DNA of 64,000 bases, taken from the NCBI GenBank assembly GCA_963758075.1, contig CAVWTT010000001.1, forward strand, positions 76,973 to 140,972, read 5' to 3'. Of this stretch, positions 58,579-64,000 are shown piece by piece. Position 1 is the first letter of the stretch, and each line of letters starts with the position of its first letter. This stretch comes from an uncultured Actinomycetota bacterium (lineage in GTDB: Bacteria > Actinomycetota > Actinomycetes > Propionibacteriales > Propionibacteriaceae). The translations under genes and the position numbers were made by a program. The notes beneath the pieces were generated by a model. It made no database searches and was not told the origin of the DNA. It saw only the letters and a list, made by a program, of their open reading frames with translations.

Positions 58579-59355
58579 TCAGCCGTCGCGCGTGAACACG
58601 CCGAGGATGCTCTGGCCGAACGGCACCCGGAGATGGTCCAGTACGCGGCTGGCGGGCACCACGACCGCGTCGTAGATCCGGACCAGGGACGGCTTCGGAC
58701 TGCCGGTACCACCCTTGCGGACCGCGGCCCACCAGGCGAGGCCGCCGAGCAGATTCACCGGACGGCACAACCGGACACCGAGCCCCGCCTGCCGCGCGGC
58801 CGCGTCCAGGGTCGCCGGAGTGTAGCGACGGACGTGACCGACGCTGCGGTCGAAGTCGCCGTACAGCGACATGTAGCCGGGCACCCAGATGACGACGGTG
58901 CCGCCGGGATGCACCAGCCGCGACATCGACTGCAGGGTCGCCACGTCGTCCTCGATGTGCTCGAGCACGTTGATGGCCAGCACCGAATCCACCGGCCGGT
59001 GCCGGTCCGCATACTGTTGGGCCTGCGCCGGGGTCATCGCCGTCACATCCAGCTGTCGGGCAGCCATCTCCGCACGGCCGACGAACCGGTCGGCCATCGA
59101 GGCCACCGCTCCCGGGTCCACATCGGTGACGATGATCCGGGTGCGGCCGGTGAACTGGGCGGAGAAGTCGCCGAGACCGGCGCCCACCTCCAACACCGAT
59201 GCGCCGCAGTGTGGGGCGATCAGATCGTACTGGTAGCGGCGGTAGTTGCGTTGGTGCTGATCGGCCCGGCCCAACTCACGCCCGGTGGCGGCGGTGAATG
59301 CGCCGACCCCGTCCGAGGCGGGGTCGGTCGGTCGAGAAGCCTGTGAGCCCTCCAT
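58579..59355 (-). CDS. Class I SAM-dependent methyltransferase
   Basis: VLEVGAGLG, INVLEHIEDD, GHVRRY; ATG 8 nt after TAGGCT. Confidence 0.85.
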   Translation of the reverse strand: MEGSQASRPTDPASDGVGAFTAATGRELGRADQHQRNYRRYQYDLIAPHCGASVLEVGAGLGDFSAQFTGRTRIIVTDVDPGAVASMADRFVGRAEMAARQLDVTAMTPAQAQQYADRHRPVDSVLAINVLEHIEDDVATLQSMSRLVHPGGTVVIWVPGYMSLYGDFDRSVGHVRRYTPATLDAAARQAGLGVRLCRPVNLLGGLAWWAAVRKGGTGSPKPSLVRIYDAVVVPASRVLDHLRVPFGQSILGVFTRDG

Positions 59356-59390
59356 GCCGCCTGAGCCTAATGCCGATCGGTGACGAATCG

Positions 59391-59473
59391 TGCCGAGGAG
59401 GGGAGTCGAACCCCCACGCCCTTGCGGGCAGACGGGTTTGAGCCGTCCGCGTATACCATTCCGCCACCTCGGC
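59391..59473 (-). tRNA. tRNA-Leu (anticodon CAA), long variable arm, CCA not encoded
   Basis: GCCGAGG acceptor stem, GGAATGGTA D-loop, GACGG-CTCAAAC-CCGTC anticodon arm, GTTCGAC T-loop; 83 nt. Confidence 0.96.
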
Positions 59474-59586
59474 CGGGAACGCTGTGGGCGCCCCTGGAAA
59501 GCGTCGCTCATTGTGCCACAGCGCGCGGGTAAGGCCCGGACCTGGCGGCCACCCGCGCCGGCCGGCGGGCTGGCTACAGTGGTCCC

Positions 59587-60240
59587 GTGACCGAGAGCAA
59601 GGCGGGCGTTTCACCGCAGCCCAACACCGCAGCGAATTCCGATCAGTCGGCCAAGAGCTCAGCTCCGCGGGTGGTCGTCGCCGAGGACGAGTCGCTGATC
59701 CGGCTCGACCTGGTCGAGATGCTCCGCGAGGAGGGCTACGACGTCGTCGGGGAGGCCGGCGACGGCGAACAGGCGGTCGCGCTGACCACCGATCTGAAGC
59801 CGGACCTGGTGGTGATGGACGTCAAGATGCCGAAGCTGGACGGTATCTCGGCCGCAGAGAAGATCGCCGGGCAGCGGATCGCACCGGTGGTGATGCTCAC
59901 CGCGTTCAGCCAGCGGGAACTCGTCGACCGGGCCCGCGAAGCCGGCGCCATGGCCTACGTGGTCAAGCCGTTCGGCAAGGACGACCTGGTGCCGGCCATC
60001 GAGATCGCGATCGCGCGCTACGCCGAGATCCTGGCGGTGGAGGCCGAGGTCGCCGATCTGGAGGAGCGGCTGGAGTCGCGCAAGATCGTGGACAAGGCCA
60101 AGGGCCTGCTGCAGGTCGGTCTCGGATTGACCGAGCCGGAGGCGTTCCGCTGGATCCAGAAGACGGCGATGGACCTGCGCAAATCCATGCGCGAGGTGGC
60201 CGAGGGCGTCATCGCCCATGGAGCCAAGCCCGGCAAGTGA
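59587..60240 (+). CDS. pdtaR: ANTAR-domain response regulator (PdtaR-like)
   Basis: AEDE, MDVKMP, TAF, KPF receiver domain; RKIVDKAKGLL...EPEAFRWIQKTAMD ANTAR domain. Confidence 0.9.
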   Translation: MTESKAGVSPQPNTAANSDQSAKSSAPRVVVAEDESLIRLDLVEMLREEGYDVVGEAGDGEQAVALTTDLKPDLVVMDVKMPKLDGISAAEKIAGQRIAPVVMLTAFSQRELVDRAREAGAMAYVVKPFGKDDLVPAIEIAIARYAEILAVEAEVADLEERLESRKIVDKAKGLLQVGLGLTEPEAFRWIQKTAMDLRKSMREVAEGVIAHGAKPGK

Positions 60241-60253
60241 GCGCCGACCGGGT

Positions 60254-61015
60254 TCACCGGACCGTGCCGCGGGCAGCAGCAGCAGCCGCAGTCACCGTGA
60301 ACGGGCCGGCGCCCAGCTGCCGGCGGCATTCCTGACGCAGCCGCTCGCGGTCGCCGTCGGACAGCCCACGGACGTGGTCCCCGGCCGGACCGACGCCGGT
60401 GGTGTTCGGCTGCCACCAGTCCTCGAAGTCGGCGTAGTCGACGGTGACGGCGAGCAACGCTTCGGTGACGGGGTCCAGACCGGCCCCCCGGAGCAGTTCC
60501 CCGACCCGCCGATCGGTCGCAGCGGCCAGTACCGCATCCGGTGGCAGCTGCGGATCGACGACCCGGATCGCCGTCCACAGCGGGGTGATCGGCCCGCGGC
60601 CGCCGGCGTGGTCCCAGACGCAGGCGGCCACCGTGCCGCCCGGCCGGGTCACCCGGACCAGCTCGGCCAGCCCGGCCCGCGGGTCGGGCATGAACGGGAG
60701 CACCAGCTGGGCGACGGCCAGGTCGAAACTGTCGTCGGCATAGGGCAGCGGGTCCGCACTGCCCTGGCGCACCTCGACCCCCGGACACCGCTCCCGGACG
60801 GCGGCCACGAACGGCGGCGACGGGTCGACCGCGGCCACCTGCCCCGGTCCGAGTACGGCGACCAGCCGCTCGGTCAGGGCTCCCGGTCCGCAACCCACGT
60901 CGAGGGCCCGCTGCCCGGCGCCGGCCCCGGCGAAGCCGCAGAACTGGTCGGCCAGCGGTTCGGAGTAGCGGCCCATGAACCGCAGGTAGGTGTCGGCGGC
61001 GACGTTGAACCCCAT
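60254..61015 (-). CDS. Class I SAM-dependent methyltransferase
   Basis: YLRFMGRYS, ALDVGCGPG, QLVLPFMPDP. Confidence 0.88.
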   Translation of the reverse strand: MGFNVAADTYLRFMGRYSEPLADQFCGFAGAGAGQRALDVGCGPGALTERLVAVLGPGQVAAVDPSPPFVAAVRERCPGVEVRQGSADPLPYADDSFDLAVAQLVLPFMPDPRAGLAELVRVTRPGGTVAACVWDHAGGRGPITPLWTAIRVVDPQLPPDAVLAAATDRRVGELLRGAGLDPVTEALLAVTVDYADFEDWWQPNTTGVGPAGDHVRGLSDGDRERLRQECRRQLGAGPFTVTAAAAAARGTVR

Positions 61016-61117
61016 GCTTCAGGCTACGGCCACCGGCGCCTGGCCGCCGGGCATCCGCGCTCCAACGTGTCGAAGGGTGCGCTCACGGATCCGTGCGCCC
61101 TGCCGGTGCGAGCGCGG

Positions 61118-61561
61118 CTAACGCTCCGCGCCGGTCTGCCCCGTTCCCGGTGCCGACACCAGCTGGCAGGTGAGCCGTGCGGTGCAGACCCGGTTGTCGT
61201 GATCGTCCACCAGCACGATCTCGTACATCGCCACGCTGCGGCCCAGCTTGATCGCGGTCGCGGTGCCGGTGACCCAGCCGGAACGGACCGCCCGGTGATG
61301 GGTCGCATTGAGGTCCACTCCGACCGCGACCTTCTCCGGCCGTGCGTGGGCATAGGCGGCCATCGACCCGAGGGTCTCGGCCAGCACGCAGGAGGCGCCG
61401 CCGTGCCACAGACCGTACGGCTGGGTGTTGCCCGCCACCGGCATCCGGCCGACGGCCCGTTCCGGCCGGAGTTCGAGCAACTCCAGACCCATCGTGTCGT
61501 CCAGAGCACTGCGCATCCCGGCCAGCCAGTCGGGCAGCATCGCGGCGGTCGTGTCGGCCAT
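61118..61561 (-). CDS. PaaI/hotdog-fold thioesterase
   Basis: GNTQPYGLWHGGASCVLAE, NATHH; ATG 7 nt after TAGCTT. Confidence 0.9.
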   Translation of the reverse strand: MADTTAAMLPDWLAGMRSALDDTMGLELLELRPERAVGRMPVAGNTQPYGLWHGGASCVLAETLGSMAAYAHARPEKVAVGVDLNATHHRAVRSGWVTGTATAIKLGRSVAMYEIVLVDDHDNRVCTARLTCQLVSAPGTGQTGAER

Positions 61562-61647
61562 GGCGGACAAGCTACCGGTCCGCCGCCGCGCGGTCCGGTC
61601 CGTGCCGGTGGCGCCCGCGGCCTGCGGCCGGGCCGTGGGCGCAGGGC

Positions 61648-61669
61648 TGTCGGCACGGCTGGCTAGAGT
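61648..61669 (+). promoter_or_regulatory. PafBC-type promoter driving leaderless polA
   Basis: TGTCGG-CACGGCTGGC-TA-GAG-T, then 7 nt to GTG 61677. Confidence 0.75.
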
Positions 61670-61676
61670 CGGATCC

Positions 61677-64000
61677 GTGCCGACCCAGACAGCGCGCAAA
61701 CCAACCCCGGGCAGGCGGACCGCGGGCCCGGCCGCCGGAGACCGCAGCGAACCGAGGGGTCCGCGGCTGCTGCTGATCGACGGCCACTCGGTCGCCTATC
61801 GCGCCTTCTTCGCACTGCCGGTGGAGAACTTCTCCACCCGCACCGGGCAGCACACCAACGCGGTGTTCGGTTTCACCTCGATGCTGATCAACGTGCTCCG
61901 CGACGAGCAGCCGACCCATGTCGGTGTCGCGTTCGACGTGTCTCGGCAGACCTTCCGCACCGAGGCCTACGCCGACTACAAGGCCAACCGGTCCAAGTCA
62001 CCGGACGAGTTCAGGGGCCAGGTGGCGCTGATCAAGGAAGTGCTCGACGCCCTCAACATCGTCGCGGTGGAGAAGGACGGTTACGAGGCCGACGACATCA
62101 TCGGCACCCTGGCGAAGCGGTCGGCCGCCAGCGGCATGGATGTTCTCATCTGCACCGGTGACCGGGACTCCTTCCAACTGGTCGACGAACACACCACCGT
62201 GCTCTACCCCCGTAAAGGGGTCTCCGACCTGGCCCGGATGACGCCGGAGACGGTGTTGGAGAAGTATCTGGTGTCGCCGGGCCGCTACCCGGAGTTGGCC
62301 GCACTCGTCGGCGAATCCAGCGACAACCTGCCCGGCATCCCCGGCGTCGGCCCGAAGACCGCAGCCAAGTGGCTGGACACCTACGACGGCCTGGAGAACC
62401 TGATCACCCGGGCCGGCGAGATCAAGGGCAAGGCCGGGGCGGCGTTCCGGGAACGGATCGCCGACGTCCGGCTGAACCGGCAGATCAACGCCCTGGTGTG
62501 CGACCTCGACCTGCCGGTGGGCATCGACGACCTGGCCCGGCGTGACTGGGACCGGGAGGCCGTCCACCAGCTCTTCGACGGGCTGGAGTTCCGGGTGCTG
62601 CGGGACCGGCTGCTGGAGAGCCTGCCGGTCCACGACGCCGAGCCCGAGGGGGGCTTCGACCTGGCCGGCGAGGTGCTGGCGCCCGGCCGGCTGGCGGAGT
62701 GGCTGACCGAGCACGCCGGTGTCGGACGGGCCGGGGTGACGCCGATCGGGCATTGGGGTCGCGGCGCCGGCGACCTGACCGCGGTCGCGGTCGCCACTGG
62801 CGACGGCAAGGCCGCCTACGTGTCCACCACCGAGCTGATCCCCGAGGACGAGCAGGCGCTGGCCGACTGGCTGGCCGATCCGCAGCGGCAGAAGGTCCTC
62901 CACGACGCCAAGGGCCCGATGCTGGCGATCTGGTCCCGGGGCTGGGACCTGCACGGGCTCGTCTCGGACACCCAGCTGGCCGCCTACCTGGTCCGGCCGG
63001 ACCAGCGGACCTACCACCTGGACGACCTCACCGTCCGCTATCTCAAGCGTGAACTGCGGATCGACACCGCCGACACGCCGGAGCCGACGGTGCAGCCGAC
63101 CAGCTGGCCCTCGACTTCGGCGAGGACGACCCGCAGACCGGAGCCGATGCCGCGATGGTGCAGGCCCGGGCGGTGGTCGACCTGGCCGCGGCACTGGACG
63201 ACGAGATCGAGGACCGCGGCGGCACCAGACTGCTGCAGCAGGTCGAGCTGCCGCTGCAGCGGACCCTGGCCCGGATGGAACGCACCGGCATCGCGGTCGA
63301 CACCGACCACCTGCAGGCGCTGGAGTCACAGTTCGGTGCGGTCGTCGACGACGCGGCGCAGGCCGCCTACGACGTGCTCGGCAAGGAGATCAATCTGGGC
63401 TCGCCCAAACAGCTGCAGGTGGTGCTCTTCGATGAACTCGGCATGCCCAAGACCCGCCGCACCCGGACCGGCTACACCACCGACGCCGATGCCCTGCAGC
63501 AGCTGTTCGGCAAGACCGAACACCCGTTCCTGGCCCATCTGCTCAAGCACCGGGACGCGATCCGGCTGAAACAGACCGTTGAAGGTCTGCTCGCCGCGGT
63601 GTCCGACGACGGCCGGATCCATACCACCTACATGCAGACCATCGCCGCCACCGGCCGGCTGTCCAGCACCGATCCGAACCTGCAGAACATCCCCATTCGG
63701 ACCGAGGAGGGCCGCCGGATCCGGGAGGCGTTCGTGGTCGGTCCGTCCTTCGAGTCGCTGATGAGCGCGGACTACAGCCAGATCGAGATGCGGATCATGG
63801 CCGACCGGTCCGGCGATGCCGGGCTGATCGAGGCGTTCAACTCCGGCGTGGACTTCCACACGGTCACCGCGTCACGGGTGTTCGGTGTCGCCGCGGACGC
63901 GGTCACCCCGGCGCAGCGGGCCAAGATCAAGGCGATGAACTACGGGCTCGCCTACGGTCTCAGCGCCTACGGTCTGAGCCAACAGCTGAACATCGAGGTG
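61677..64000 (+). CDS. polA: DNA polymerase I, 3' end outside window; apparent one-base deletion at about 63090
   Basis: LLIDGHS, EADD, GESSDNLPG, GPKTA; after the shift NLGSPKQL, TGRLSS, ADYSQIE, NYGLAYG. Confidence 0.95.

Noticed and set aside
59340-59473. Prophage or integrative element at tRNA-Leu
   Set aside because: No integrase, no att-like duplication, no phage genes
63080-63110. Programmed frameshifting in polA, the DksA-like gene or the DUF222 gene
   Set aside because: No slippery heptamer or stimulatory structure; single-base indels in short G/C runs fit sequencing error better

Overview
High-GC actinobacterial chromosome segment (gene order suggests Propionibacteriales; inference) covering the conserved pimB/SRPBCC/glk/plsC/aroG/pknL neighbourhood, a LacI-controlled DUF993 sugar-catabolism cluster, idsA/metF/helD/CrtI-like/P450, a methyltransferase-dinB operon, a MoxR-DUF58-transglutaminase triad, the dcw cluster (mraZ to divIVA), DksA-like/lspA/rluA, pyk, tRNA-Leu(CAA), an ANTAR regulator and the 5' part of polA. 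Best leads: (1) a DUF222/HNH gene with a leaderless PafBC-type DNA-damage promoter plus, 14 kb away and inverted, a 180-bp internally deleted derivative joining its promoter flank directly to its 3' end, which suggests a mobile family with non-autonomous miniatures; (2) three exact PafBC-type promoters (DUF222-HNH, methyltransferase-dinB with an adjacent LexA box, polA); (3) catalytic-residue substitutions in MraY (MGD to MGH) and DinB (DE to EE) and a catalytically stripped ThiE-fold protein; (4) a translationally coupled (TSTV[R/E])n micro-ORF between rsmH and ftsL. At least five single-base frameshifts, one in polA, suggest assembly indel errors, so single-base observations need read-level confirmation. 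All family calls come from motif recognition; no database searches were run.
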